From Mesotaenium endlicherianum (taxonomy: Eukaryota): DNA of 41,480 nt. Shown one piece after another: positions 1 through 12,895 of this stretch. Made by a program: the position numbers and the translations under genes. Each line of letters opens with the position of its first letter. The first letter of the stretch is position 1. The notes beneath the pieces were generated by a model that made no database searches, was not told the DNA's origin, and saw only the letters and a program-made list of their open reading frames with translations. The stretch covers positions 98,057 to 139,536 of the forward strand of contig WELA01003463.1 in the NCBI GenBank assembly GCA_009602735.1, written 5' to 3'.

Positions 1-495
1 GGGGGGGGGGTAGGAGTTCTTACAGATTGGTAGTGCACAAATAGGGCAAAGATTAAAAGGATCGGGGCTATATGCACGAAACACACACTCTCCTGCACTC
101 TCACTCTCTCTCCCCCTCTCTCTCTGCACAACAGCACAAAGCAGAGGGCCGACTTAGTCCCTGACAAACTCCCTCCTTGTCCCTCTTTCTGCACAATAGC
201 GCACATACAACCCCACAGCCCCCCCCCCCACACACACAACTGGTGCCTTCAAGGGCCCTACAGACGGGTGTGAACTCTACCTCAAGTTGGTACCTTGAGG
301 AGGCAGAAGGTGGGCACAACCCATTCTGTGCCGCCTTCTCTTGCTCTGTCGCCTCTTTCTCCTCCTCAGGCAACAGGTGCTCTCACGTCACAGGGAGTAG
401 TGTTTGCTGGGAATTCCCGTCTCGGCAGGATATGTCAACTGCCCATCAGCTGGCTCCATCGCCCTTCTTCTCACATTACTAGGAATAGATAAATA

Positions 496-3495
496 CTAAA
501 TAGTGCCGAGGGCGAGGAGCTCGTGATAAAAAACCTCATTCCAGGCATCGGGAACACCCGGGAGACAAAAGTGCACGCAGTCCTCACTTCCCGTCCTCTT
601 CTCGTCGGCCAGCTGCCCGCTCTTTCCGGGCAGCCCAAAGTCTTGGCCTCTGTTGCCCGTCAAGTCACGGCTAACATCCGCATTCGACAAGAGTTTGCTT
701 CTGCCCAAGGGAAGAGGCCCCACATGCGCGTCAGCCCTGCTTCTGGTCAGCTCCGAAACCTTCAAGACTTTTATCCTGCCCGAGCTTCCCAGGCTGCGTT
801 CTATTTCAGCTGCCCGGGGGTCCCGGTCAGGGAGAAGGCCTGCATCCGTCAGAGGCGAGTGCACGAAGGCACACTCTCCTTGCCTGCTCCAGGCAGAACT
901 TTTTACATCCTGATAATTAAAATCCTCAGAAGCTGCCCCAGCTGCCCCTCCGCCCGATACTCCCTCCTCACCAAAAGGTTCTGCCCCGGATTCTCGGTCA
1001 GCTGCAACGCCGCCCTCGCCGCCCTTGCCATCCCCCTTGCTGATGAAGTGCACGTGGCTGAGGCCCAGGAAAAAGATCGGCACGTGCTCCAACGCCGGGG
1101 AGCTTTCGACGGCTTGCCTCACGGTCAACAGGGCCCGCTCCAGCGCGCGCACGTACGTCATTTCCGAGAGAGAGCTGCTACTGGACACGGAGGCGTCGGA
1201 GGCGTCGGCATCAAAGGAGTCGGAGGAGCCGGAGGTGGAGGAGCGGTTGGATGAGTTGGACTCTGGAGAGTTGAAGGATTCAAAGGAGTCGAAGGAGCTG
1301 GAAGAGTTCGAGGATTCGGAGGAGGCATTGGAGGAGCTGGAGGCATTGGGGGCGCCTGAGCCTCTGGAGGAGTAGAACCGGATGCCATATTGCGTTCGCA
1401 TGTAGTCACTGTACCACAGGCCCGTGTTGAGCACCACCGTGTCGGCTCCCTTCCCGGCCACGTACTCGGCCCAGCTGTCGTCGGGCGCGTCGATGTCGAC
1501 AGCTGTCGCCCTGCCAGCGTCCGCGGGGAGCCTTGCCCAGAGGCTGCCAGGCGCACGCGCGCTCTCCACGCGCGCCAGAAAGGGCGAGTGGATGTATACA
1601 AAAGTGGCGTTGTAAGAAGGGAAGAGAAACTCGAAGCGCTTCCCCTCCTTGTTGATGGCTCTGCCGAAACGCTCCTGGGGCTGTCGCGGCGCCAGCTGGC
1701 CTGAAAGCTCGTCTGTCGATGCACCCCCGTCTGACGGCGTGGGGGATGATGGGGTCTTGGCAAGATCGAGCATGCAGAGCAAAGACTGGAACATCTGCAA
1801 AATCCCAAACCCTCCCTCCACCATTCCCCCCGCCCTCTCCCCACGCCCCCCCCCTCCTCTCCTCACCCACACCATATACAGCATTCAGGGGTCCTGTTTA
1901 AAAAGGCCTGCTGCTGTGACTGACTGCCTGCGAGACGCCGACCGCCTGAGAGATGCTACGTCTGTAATGACGAGGAGACCAGGCACGCTGAGGGCATGCC
2001 ACGTGGGCGAGGAAGGCGCAGGGGAAACACCTGGCGCATGATCGAGTCGCCGGCAAAGACGATGCGCTTGTTGCGCAGCCCCGAGAGCATGACGTGCGCG
2101 TCGAAGGGCGCCAGCTGGCAGTTGCGCCCTCCCGCAGGCCGCCAGCTGTACTTGGCATGCTGTTGCTGGACCTTGGTGGGCCCCTGCTCACCTCAGCAGC
2201 CAACCAGACTCTGTCCCTGAAGGGCACATGAGCTGCTGCCAGCACCACTTGACGGTGACTTTGAACCCTAAAACACTGAACCTTTGAACCCTAGAAGCAC
2301 TTACATGCTCCACTCTCGCGTGCTGCTCCCTGCTGAGCCTCTACCTCAACAACCTTGGCACACGCATGTGTGTCCTGCAAGACTTCCTCAAACAACGACA
2401 GGGGCTCGCTTCAACAGCAGCGTATGTCGGGTGATAGTACCGAAACAAAGCGAGGATGCGACATCACGTCAAGCAGGCGATTTCGATGCAAGTGCAGAAC
2501 AAGAGCCTGCATCACGCACATCAGGCACCGTCACTTGAGTGCAGATGGAAAATTGCTACAAGCGTCAGTCACCAACACTCTCTCCCAGCACTCTCTCCCA
2601 TCAACTCCCAAACCAAGGACCCTGTTCCCACTTGGTGTCCTACTGCTGCTCTTACTGGTTCGGCTTCGCGGCCCCTGGGAGGTCAAAGATTTAGCACAAG
2701 CGCGCAAACCCTGACCCTAAACCCTGATTCCCAAAATCCTACTCCCTGCCTTTCCCTTGCCCACGAGAGATGCGTGAAGAGCTTGATCGTTGATAAAATT
2801 CATCATGCAAACCAGAATTGACGAGCAAGTGCAGTGCTCCCAGGGCCCAGGGTAAGGGCAGCAAGGGCTTCTAGATGCGCCACCTGGCACTTGAAGCCTT
2901 CTTCCAGAAAGGGACAGCTGGAGGCATAGTAAAGAGGTCGGTGCTCTGTATCCAGTGCCCAGTCTCCGGTGTAGATGTCACAACTTTGAGGTTGATCTGA
3001 TGGTTGACCTGTCTGTCCGTGTCCAGCTTTTGTATGCACAGGTGCAAAGGTTTGTTTCACGGGAGCCTCAGATGTTTCATTGTGTACATCAACAATCCCC
3101 TCTGATGAAGGAGGAGAGTCATCAGGCAAGCTGGCTGGAGTTCTATCATGTATATCATCCTCCCACTCCTGAAGGGTCGTGCTCTTGAGATTGACAGCAT
3201 CATCTGATCTGCCTGAACCTTGCATGACGAACGAGACTGTGTCATGTTGACTTGCTGATGATTTCCTAGTCTCCACATTATGGTCAGAGTGTGCGTGGGT
3301 TGTGCCAGATTTAATATTTGTCGAGTGATCAGTGTATTCCGTTTCCCGAAATCCAACTGTCTCAGCTGAAGGTAGAGATGCCCCCAATTCGCCTCCTTTT
3401 TCTCCGTCTGGTGGAAATGAAGACCCAAAAAGAGCCAATAGTACCGTAGCTAGAAGGCAAAGAGGGGCAAGAAGCACCCAAGAGGTTCTAGGCAT
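496..3495 (-). CDS. TBL: TRICHOME BIREFRINGENCE-LIKE (PMR5N + PC-esterase/DUF231) polysaccharide O-acetyltransferase; 3 exons: 3495-2884, 2183-2031, 1794-496 (~687 aa)
   Basis: N-terminal hydrophobic anchor (WVLLAPLCLLATVLLALF). PMR5N motif CDIYTGDW...PLYYASSCPFLEEGFKCQ. Exon 2 (absent from the ORF track) reads KYSWRP...CQLAPFDA...LRNKRIVFAGDSIMRQ and joins MFQSLLCML, giving the GDS motif. Also VVLNTGLW, RADAH and C-terminal DCVHFCLPGVPDAWN (DxxH). Both introns are GT-AG, phase 0. Confidence 0.93.
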
Positions 3496-4555
3496 TGCAC
3501 CGGATACACCTTCAGGTAGTAAAAATCACTTCTGCCGGTCTATTGAGGCTTGATGCATGACGGCGTTCAAAATCGACATTTGAACTAGATAGGTCCGACA
3601 GACTTAGTGGAGAGTGCAAAAAAAGTGAATAGTCTAGTGCTTTAGAACTTAGCGTAAGAAGAGCAAGGGTTCATCTATCAACGAGAGACAGGAAGGTTGA
3701 GGAGACGGGCTCTGTGGCTAGTGATCAGAAAGCTCCCCTCATATCGGGCCTTGTATGTGGTCTAATCTGAAGAGTGCTGGATGACCTGACCAAGAACAAT
3801 GCAAATTTGATCGAACAAACTTTGTCAATTTCACCAACACATTTCCACTTGACCATAAATTCTCTTCTTTATATTTCCATGATCAGGACCTTTTCTGTTC
3901 TTTAACAGTCTTGTTAATTCGTACTCAATCGGAACGCAGTGGTAGAACAGGTTTTTAATAGCAGGCATTTCGTTCGAAACGTGCCCAGCAACTTTTTCTT
4001 CTCTATCGCCCTCGACCACCCTCGACCACTCTCAGACAACCCCTCGATACATTGTGCGCAGTCCCCGTCCCTAGCCCTCCCCGAGAAACAGTACCATTCG
4101 TACGAAGACACGGATAACCTTCGAAGTGTGTAAAGGCGTGTTGATATGAACCCGAAGAAACCCGATGAACTCGATAAGAAGATCTACGTCCATCGTGAGG
4201 TCATATAAAATGCTCAGCTGCAGCTCGATTTTGGCCGGACCCCCAGTATGAGGATGAAGTTCAATTTGCATATAAGCCTGTCACTCTCGTGTCAGATCAG
4301 TTCTCGACATTCTAGACCTGCATGGTTGCTAGCTAAGATGTTAAGTATTTTGTAGTGCTCTGTCCGTCAAGGTCATTCCGGATAACTTCGATTAGGTGCG
4401 AGTTTGTTGCACAGCTTTTTATCCATGGCAGTAAATTTCTCTTGGCTTGAAAACATAGAGATATAGGGTTGAAGACTAGCTTCTTATCGACTACGACTAT
4501 AGGACCGCAAAACTATACCAATCGGCTTAACACGCATTGGTCTTGCAGGAGCACC

Positions 4556-6575
4556 ATGCGCTCCCCAGACAGGTCACGCGCTTATTCCTCTGGTCAGTTT
4601 AATTCTTCTAGTTCTAGGAGGGAGGAATTGTCTTCGGGACAGATGAGGGTTCAGAGTTCCACTGGAAAGTCTAGTAGGAGTAAAGCTCGCAGTTTGGGGC
4701 GGAACACTGAAGATGCTTCTGCCAAGGCCTCACAGGAGAAAGACAGGGAATACTCTCCAATAGCAGCTGCCTTATCTCCTAGTGCACCCCCTCCTAAATC
4801 CTATGGCTACTACTCACTACAGGCTTCTGAGGATCAAAGGAAAGGGGAACTAAGGAAGCCGCAAGACCCTGAGTCGGCAGTTAAGATAGCATATGGCCCT
4901 GAGCCTCCTGCAGAATTAGTTAAGAATGTTGAGCAGAAAGAGGAGAAAGCGAACGGAGCCAAAGATCCTAACAGGGCGCAAGGTACCCACGTAGATGGAA
5001 GTGCAGACGGTGATACAAACAGTTCAAGCTCTTATGAGAGGAAAAAGAGCAAGCGACATAAGAAGTCAGCTGGGAAAAAAGCCTCGAAGCATGTGTCATC
5101 AAGCAGGAAGAAGGAAAAATCAAGGCACTCAAAGGGTGGAAAGATGGTTGATTACAGTGAGTCAGAGGAGGACCACTCGGAGAGAAGCGACTCTTCTCCT
5201 TACAGTTCTAGTTCGGAGGAGGCAAAGAGGAAGTCCAGGCGAAGAAGCCGTAAAGCTGGATCCAAGAGAGATCATTTGAGCGTGACGATGAACCCTGATA
5301 CAAGTTTGCAGGTCAAAGAAAATAAGAAGAATGATAAGAAAAGACACGAGTCCCAGGAAGTAAGGGAGGGACTTGACGTGGATGCAAGTGAGAAGACAGG
5401 AAGAACCCATCACAAGCAGGATGCAGAAGACGAGACTGGTAAAGCTGCTGAGAGGAGGCCATTTGATAAACCCGCGGAAGTGCGTCAGCAACCGCAGCAG
5501 GCGGCTTCAGAGATGTTAAAGGCTCCTCCTGCAGCTGAGGGTGTATCAAAAGCATCTGACAGAGTTGATGACACTCAGAGGATGAAAACAGAGAGACCAG
5601 ACAAAGACAAAAACTTGCCTTCAAGGACGGGTTTAGAACGTAAAGCTGAAGGTGGAGAAGGGTCCAATCTTGATCCCAAAAACGAGGTCTTGAAAGGTGC
5701 AGCAAGGGATGAAGACAGGAGCAGAGTTTCAAACAGCGAAGCTCAATTGGAGGAGGAGGACCAAGCTGGTGCTATGTCGGAGAAGAATAAGATAGCCTTC
5801 AAGCTGAAGAAGAAACAGCCGCCGCCTGCAGTGGCTGCAACTGTTGTGGAGGCTTTCAAGGCTAAACCCTCTGCCAGGATTGGTGCTTCAGCACAGAATG
5901 AGCTTCTGAAGTTGAGGTTAGATGCTTGGAAGGACAACAATCTGAGAGAAGACGAGACTGCCGTCACTGATCAGAAGGCCGCGGCTGAAGAAAGCTTGGG
6001 AGCTAGAGGAACATCTGCTAAGGACAACAGAAAAGGGGTGGCTGCAGAAGACACAGGGGGGAAAAGAAGCAAGCAATTTTATCAGCAAGAGCTAGCTACT
6101 CCTGTGGATCGAGATTTGAGCTCCATCAGGTCCGTAGAAGAGCGCCATGTGTCTGAGGAAAAGAGGTCAGATAAGCGGGAAGCGAAGATGCGGCAGAAGC
6201 TGGCCGATAAGAAGAAGCTGGAAAAGCAGCAGGAGAAGCGGAAGGCCTCGTCTTCTCGCCCGTCCAGATACGACGAATCTCAGTATTCAGATGATTCTGG
6301 CTCACGTTCAGCCTCTCCTGGCGCTCGTCCCCGCTCAGCTTCAGTCTCAGAGTCACCAGGCCGAGAGCGCGCCAATCTCCGCTCCAAGCCTCCAGCAAAT
6401 GTGTTCCCACCTCCCCCTCCCCCTCCCCCTCCCCTGCCAGCTCCCTCAGCACCCGTGCCATCTGGCCCACCTCCTCTACCACCACCCTCTTTGCCACCGC
6501 CGCCTCCTTCCTCTCCCCCCCCTCCCTCCCCTCCTCCCCCTCCACCTCCTCCATCTGCTCCAGCCGCTGCTACTG

Positions 6576-6607
<32 letters not shown>

Positions 6608-9600
6608 CCTTCTCATGCCCCTCCTCCTGTTGTCAAAAAAGCATCTCCCTTTGCCTTAGATGCCCCCCTCCCCCCCCCAGCTCCCCCTCTGTCCGCCTCG
6701 CCCTCGCCGTCTGCATCGTCAGAGCAGGAGTTAAGTTCTCCCGTGCAAGTTAAGAAGGAGAGGAGCAGAGACAGGACTGCCTTGAAAAGTGCGGGCAAGA
6801 AGTTTGTGGCAGAGGGAAAGATCAAGGACGTTGGATCTGGAAAGGTCAGAGCTGCGTTTGATGCAGACTTCGAGCAGGCCTATCTGGCGGGCGCAAGCAG
6901 GAAGCAGAAGAGGGGGCGTTCTCTACCCTCCGAGGAGGAGGAGGAGGAGATGGACGAACACAAGGATGCTGATACGAGACACCCTCGGAAGAAGAGGCTT
7001 GGCCATGTGGCGATTCCAGGAAGAAGGGAAGCTGAGGCAGGACTGAAGGGCAAAAGTATGCTACTTGCTGACCCTGCAGAAAAGCCCTCCAAGAGGGAGA
7101 AGGTCAGGGAGGAGCCAGTCTCGCCAGATGTCAAGGCGCTCCTCAGACGGAGCCGGCAGCGCCAAGAGGCACCTTCTCCTGATCCTTCAGGCAGCGCTTA
7201 TTCAAGCTCGGGTTCTGAGGGAGCCGGAGAGAGTGACAGAGAGTGGCAGGGGAAGCTGCTGGCCCCTCTGCCACCTGTTAGGAAGGGGAGCACAGATTCG
7301 GAAGAAAGTGGGGAAAGTGACAAAGAGCGGCAGAGGAAGTTGCAGGCCTTGCCACCTGCCAGGAAGGGAGGCTCCTCCCGGATGCAGGTGTCAGCCTCCG
7401 ACGGGTCTTCCGAGACACCATCTGACGGAGAGTCTGACTCCGATGTCCCTCCGTCTGAGTACAACCAGCTTGCAGCGTGAGTGCTTCGTTGCCTCTGCAT
7501 TGTAGACATCCTGACTGTATGACCTTAGAGTAATCTCTTACGAAGTGCAATATAAAATATGAACTGCCAACTTCTCTGCTAGCAGGACAAGATGTGCGTA
7601 CCAACAGCGCAGGCTCTACTAGTGCCGCATGACCATCTGCATTGCATGCCAGTAGTTTTATCTCAGTTTTCTTCGTGGTTTGTGAATTGCTGAAGCCCGC
7701 TGCTTTCGGGCACGGACTTGCTTTCCTCTCCACCTTCAGGGGCTTCTCTTCCGTGGTCAAGTTCTCTAAGATGAGCCTGCATGGTGAAGAGGGCAGGCTA
7801 TTTGAGGTTCAGTGCACACGTGGTAATTAACTAGTCGAGTGATGTGTGCATGTGGGTGTCCCGGGTGCTGAGTCCAACCATCATTGGATGCTTGGGATTT
7901 TTTTGCTTTTAAACCGTTTCCATTCTGCAGGAGACGAGCAAGCCGCTCAGAGGTGGAGTATGCTGAGCTGGAGGAGCTCCAGCGCATGATGCGCCACCGC
8001 AGGGAGGAGGCTCTCTTGCGCGAGGCCCTCAGCAATGCCCATAGGGACCGACAGCGCAAGCTCAAACCCCGTGAGGAAGAGGAAGTGGAGGAGGAGGAGG
8101 AGGAGGAGTCAGAGCTCTCAGCTCCCTCGCACCTCTCTATGTCGGCGTCAGGGAGCTCTTCCTTTGAAGCATCCTCGGAGGAGGACGAGGAGGCCTACTT
8201 CCAGAGACAGCAGGAAGTGATGAAGCGCAAGAGCAGGGCGGGGGGCAGCGCTGCCGTGGCTGCCATGGCTCCTCGGCACCTCCAGGCGAGAGAGGAGAAG
8301 AAGGGGAGGAGCGCGAGAGAGGCTGCGGGAAGGGAGGCTGCCAGGAGTGCTGCAAAGGAGCTCGGGAGGAGGGGGAGGAGCAAGAGCGCCGGGAAAGGGT
8401 ACGAGAGAAGCTCGGAGAAGAAGAAGCTGAAGGGCGGGAAGGCCAGGAGGGCTTCGAGCGGGGGCAGCAAGAGGTGGAAGGAGGAGGAGGAGGAGGAGGA
8501 GGAGGATGTGATCAGCAGCAGCGGGTACGAGAGCGAGGAGGAGAGGGAGGAGGCGCTGCTGCTGCACAAGAGGCGCCGGGAGAAGGCGGGCGAGGAGAAG
8601 GAGCGGGAGCGGGAGAGGGAGAGAGAGAAGAAGAAGAAGAAGAAGCGCAAGGGCAAGGAGAAGGAGAGGAGCCGCAGGAAGTCGCGCAGGAGCCACAGGG
8701 GGAGCAGCAGCGACGACGACGACAGCGACAGCGAGAGCAGCAGCGACGAGGGCGACCGAGGCGCGGAGGAGGAGGAGGAGAACGAGCGGGATGCTGCGCC
8801 TGCTCCCGTGAAGTTCAAGAGCTCCAAGACCAACGCTCTGCATGTGAGTGCCGTAATCTGCTATTGCCGCCAATGGCACGCTCTTGTGCTGGTGCTGGGC
8901 GCTGGTGCTGGTGCTGGTGCAGCTCTCCGTTCACGAACCTGCAAAATTTGCTGTGGCCTTAAATTCTTGCATGGAGTCTTTAGGTTCTTGTTTGCACAAG
9001 TTGTGGACACGTGGGAGACTCCTGGATCTGGAAAAGCGTGTGCCTGTGTGCGCGCGTGCGTATGCGCGTGTGCGCGTGTGCGTTTCATGAGAGGGTGTGT
9101 CTCTGTTTGTCCTCAAGTGTAACGCATTCTTGGAACTCTAACAGGTGTTGTGAGGGGGCAGTGAGGGGGCAGTGAGGGGGCAGGGAATGCTGCCTGTGGC
9201 CTTTTCTTATTCACGTAGCATGTGCACCACAGGCTGTCCTTTGGCTCTCCGGCTCTTATTGCTCTTTCATCCGGGCAGGCAAAATTTTTGCGATAATGCC
9301 AGCGTGTGCCGCATGCAGTAGCTTATTCTCTGGCTCCTGCTTTTTCTCTGGGCAGGCAAAGATGGCGGAGGAGGCGAGGAAGAGGGAGTTGGCTCGCCGC
9401 AACGTTCAGTTGGCCGCTGTAAGTGTGCCTCTTCAATTTCGCCTGCAGAGTGGAAGCACGCACCTGCTCCTATATCTCGTGTGGCTCCAGAGGTTGCTAG
9501 TTGGGGGGAGGGGGAGAGGGAGAGGGAGGAGACTGAGAGTGAGCGAGGGCAAGAGAGCAGAAGATGGCCGGCCTCGTCCCTGTTGCCTTGTGCTACAGTA

Positions 9601-12326
9601 CGGTGTAAGTGGGCCTTATCAGTAGGAGTCGGCTGGGGCTCACCACCCGGGCTCACTCTCAGACGGATAATTGGCATGCCACGCATATGCTATTGGGCGT
9701 GCCTGGGGTGAGGGGAGGGGGGGGCAGGACCTACCAGACAGTCAGTAGCATAGATGCTGCAGAGGAATGCTGGGAGAGAGGGTCCTGCGTGTGCTGCCTT
9801 TGCGCCACCCGTGCATGTGGGTTTTGAGTGTGAGCGCAACACGAGCCGGCTGCTGGGCTATGGGGAAGGACAGGACCTTCGAGTCAGCAGCATTGAGAAG
9901 CAGGGGGGCGTCCTGCCTTTTTGCCTTTGCGCCACTTGTGCTCGCCTGCACTGACTGTGCGCCTGACACTGGTGGGCTGCTGGGCCGCTCAGGCAACTTA
10001 AAAGTGGGAAGATGCACAGAGAGAGACATATATATCTACTATGGAGGGGGGGAGAGTCCTACCCGCATTGGCTTGGCTTTACTCGTGCCTGCTCAGATAG
10101 AGTGTGGGTGGGCGTAATATCCAAAGGCTGGTGGGCCGTCGGGGGAGGCACAGCAACACAGCAGCGGCTGACCAGCGGTGAGGGAGGTGCCGTGAGAGTG
10201 TGCTGCCTTTGCAGACACACCTGTGCTTGCTTAGGTGAAGCGTGAATTTAACGCTGCTGAGCTGCTGGGATTTTGTCTTGGTTATGTTGGGGGGGGGGGG
10301 GGGNNNNNNNNNNNNNNNNNNNNNNNNNNNNNNNNNNNNNNNNNNNNNNNNNNNNNNNNNNNNNNNNNNNNNNNNNNNNNNNNNNNNNNNNNNNNNNNNN
10401 NNNNNNNNNNNNNNNNNNNNNNNNNNNNNNNNNNNNNNNNNNNNNNNNNNNNNNNNGGGCACGACACGAAACAGGAGCGGCTGAACAGCGGCGAGATGCA
10501 GAAGGCGCGCGAGGAGGCCAAGGAGATGCAGCGCCTCTACGGCACCTCCGACTGGCGGTACTCTTCCTTGCCTGCTCTGCTCTGCTCCTCCTCTGCTCTG
10601 CTCCTCCTCTGCCCCTTGTGTGCTGCCCCTCCTCTGCTGCCGCTGCTCTGCTCCTCCTCTGCTGCTCTGTTATGCTGCTGCTGCTATGCTGCTGCCTCCT
10701 GTTCTTTCTTCCTCATTGAATGGTTTCATGTATGTGGTTGCGTCCATGGTGCAGATATCAAAAATATGCATGCCCATCCCAGTGTGTGTGCTGATTACTC
10801 TGCCTGCTATCTTGGGCCTGAATGTACACCTAGTATATCGCATGGAGAGATTGAACCCCTAAAGAGCCAGCTGGGACTCTAACGTGGCAGTGCCTGGTTC
10901 CAGGCTGCTGCCTTTGTGTCTCTTCTGCCTTATCGAGGAAAAGAAGGCTCTGACAGTTAGGGGGCTGTTTGCCTGGGGGAAAACTGCGTGGACGTTTTGT
11001 AAGCTCGTCTAGTGTGCACTATGCTGTGACGTGGTGTTCTCTTTTCTTTGATGAGGCGCTCTCGCCACTGTGATTTGTATTTAGGCCTGCAATTGTGGCT
11101 GCATGTGGGCATGTGCAATGGTTTTTTTTGTCGAGTGCTTCTTACCTACTGATCGCCATCCTCGTAAGCAGAGCTCAAAACAACCTGATGACTTGATCTC
11201 TAGATCTTAGGTGCCCAAGTACTTGAAGTAGTTCTTTTCTTGGATGCTATTCACTCTATCATGTGTGGTACCTGTTTCTGTTGTGTGCGTGCAGGGCTCA
11301 GAAGAAGCTGCGCCGCGAGAAGGGGGTATGTGCAGCACCTGCCATGAGAGTTTTGAGATGTGCAAGCCGCTGCTGTTGCACTGCTCACACAGCGGTGTAC
11401 AAATGTGTACTGAGTAGAAGCTTTCAAAAGCAGATGATGAGAAATGGGCTTCGATAGATGTTTATAACTGAAACACTTAGGCCTGTGAATCTGTCGGCTG
11501 TGGGTCTGCCTCTAGTATACATGTAGTTGTGTAAACACATCTGCATATACATGCGGCTTCTTTAATATGCATATCTATGTAGAACATACAGACCCGAGTG
11601 TATGTGTGCACACGTATATCTAAAATATATCCGTAGTATGCATCGCTGGTGCGAGTACGGGCCCTGAGCGAGCACGCTGGGGAGGGGGGTGCAGCAACTG
11701 GAGAGGACGGTGGCGGCCGGCAAGAAGCTGGAGCGGCTGGAGGCCGTGGAGGCCGCGCGCATGGATGCCTTCCGCGTCGCTGTAAGTGGCGCACTCATCA
11801 GGACACGGCTTCTTCTCCTCCTGCCAGCTGCCTTATCCTGACAGCTGTCTTATGCTGACAGCTTCTTCTCCTGACAGCTGTCTGTGATTGCAACCAGGCA
11901 GCATGTCCTTGCGCGTGAAGGGGGGGGTTGGTAGGTCAATCATGCACGTGTAGTGCAGCAACCCCGAGGGAGGGGGCTGTGCACTCAAGTGTGTTCTGCC
12001 GGAGAGTGAATTGCCGCATGGACATGCATGAGAGCTGCTCTGAGCTTGACTGTGCCATAACCCAGTATGATAGTCTGGCAATGTTCCTTCCCACTCCCCC
12101 TCCCCCCCAAAAAGAAAACGGCCCCTCTCTTGGTTGCCTGCAGGCAAAACCTGTTTGAACCTTGTTCTGGCTTAGCCGTTGGAGGGCACAATGAGTTGCT
12201 TTTTTTTGGGGTTGGTCTGAAAGTGAGCGCAAATAGCATCTACAACCTACTATCTTCTCTCAGCCTTTTCCCCATCCCAAACTGGGGACAAAGCTGGGAG
12301 AGGTCAGAAGCATGCTCTAAAGCGTC

Positions 12327-12374
<48 letters not shown>

Positions 12375-12895
12375 AATATATTTGAAGCTTATAGCTGGGT
12401 TGGGATAGGGGTTTGAGGTTCTACAAGGTCCAGGTGGGTGACGTTGGAGGTGCAGCAGCACACCCATTGGGGTGGGGGGCTTGCAGGCTTGCAGGCCCCC
12501 CATCCCAGTGGGTGTGCTGCTTCCGGCACTTACCATGGCTCACTAGTGGTTTCGTTTGTTATCCTGGTCTGGGTTGATAACATGCATCCAACTTCTCCTG
12601 GCTGCTCGCACTTTCTCTCTTGCTCTCGTCCCTCTCCCTGCTCCTGCTCCTGCCCCCTTTTGTCCGGAACTCTGAACTCAACCTAGCCCTGAATTTAACC
12701 TCTCGCGGTGATTGCTACTTGGCTCGTATGCAGATGGGCCTGCCGTCCGCTGAGGCTCAGAGGCAGGCAGAGTGGAGAGCTGAAGCAACCCGGCAGCTGC
12801 AGGAGGCAGAGGCAGGGGCCGCAGCTGCCGCGCAGATGCGGTCTGCCTCTAAAAAGGTCAAGGGCCCGTCGATCGGCCCGCGCAGGCCCCGATAG
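4556..12895 (+). CDS. Large low-complexity Lys/Arg/Ser/Glu/Pro-rich protein of unknown function, probably nuclear; exons 4556-7476, 7931-8843, 9356-9418, (gap)-10557, 11295-11325, 11695-11781, 12734-12895
   Basis: A 2.9-kb and a 0.9-kb open frame are joined in phase by a GTGAGT..TGCAG intron. The small exons have GT/AG ends with compatible phases and give a helical C-terminus (AKMAEEARKRELARRNVQLAA...GEMQKAREEAKEMQRLYGTSDWRAQKKLRREKGQLERTVAAGKKLERLEAVEAARMDAFRVAMGLP...GPSIGPRRPR*). The ATG at 4556 follows an acceptor TCTTGCAG (4541-4548), so an upstream exon is likely. The start of exon 4 is hidden by Ns. Confidence 0.72.
10304..10456. other. Assembly gap (153 N) after a poly-G run
   Basis: Run of Ns; hides the 5' part of one exon of the 4556-12895 gene. 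Confidence 0.99.
12329..12371 (+). repeat. (CTG)n microsatellite, ~14 units, intronic
   Basis: Directly visible tgctgctg... run. Confidence 0.95.

Noticed and set aside
1..495. Short ORFs at the window start
   Set aside because: Low-complexity sequence downstream of the TBL stop with no recognisable protein features.
8148..8879. Long antisense Leu/Ser-rich ORFs over genes (also 17472-18731, 523-1254)
   Set aside because: Shadow frames of GC-rich low-complexity coding exons.
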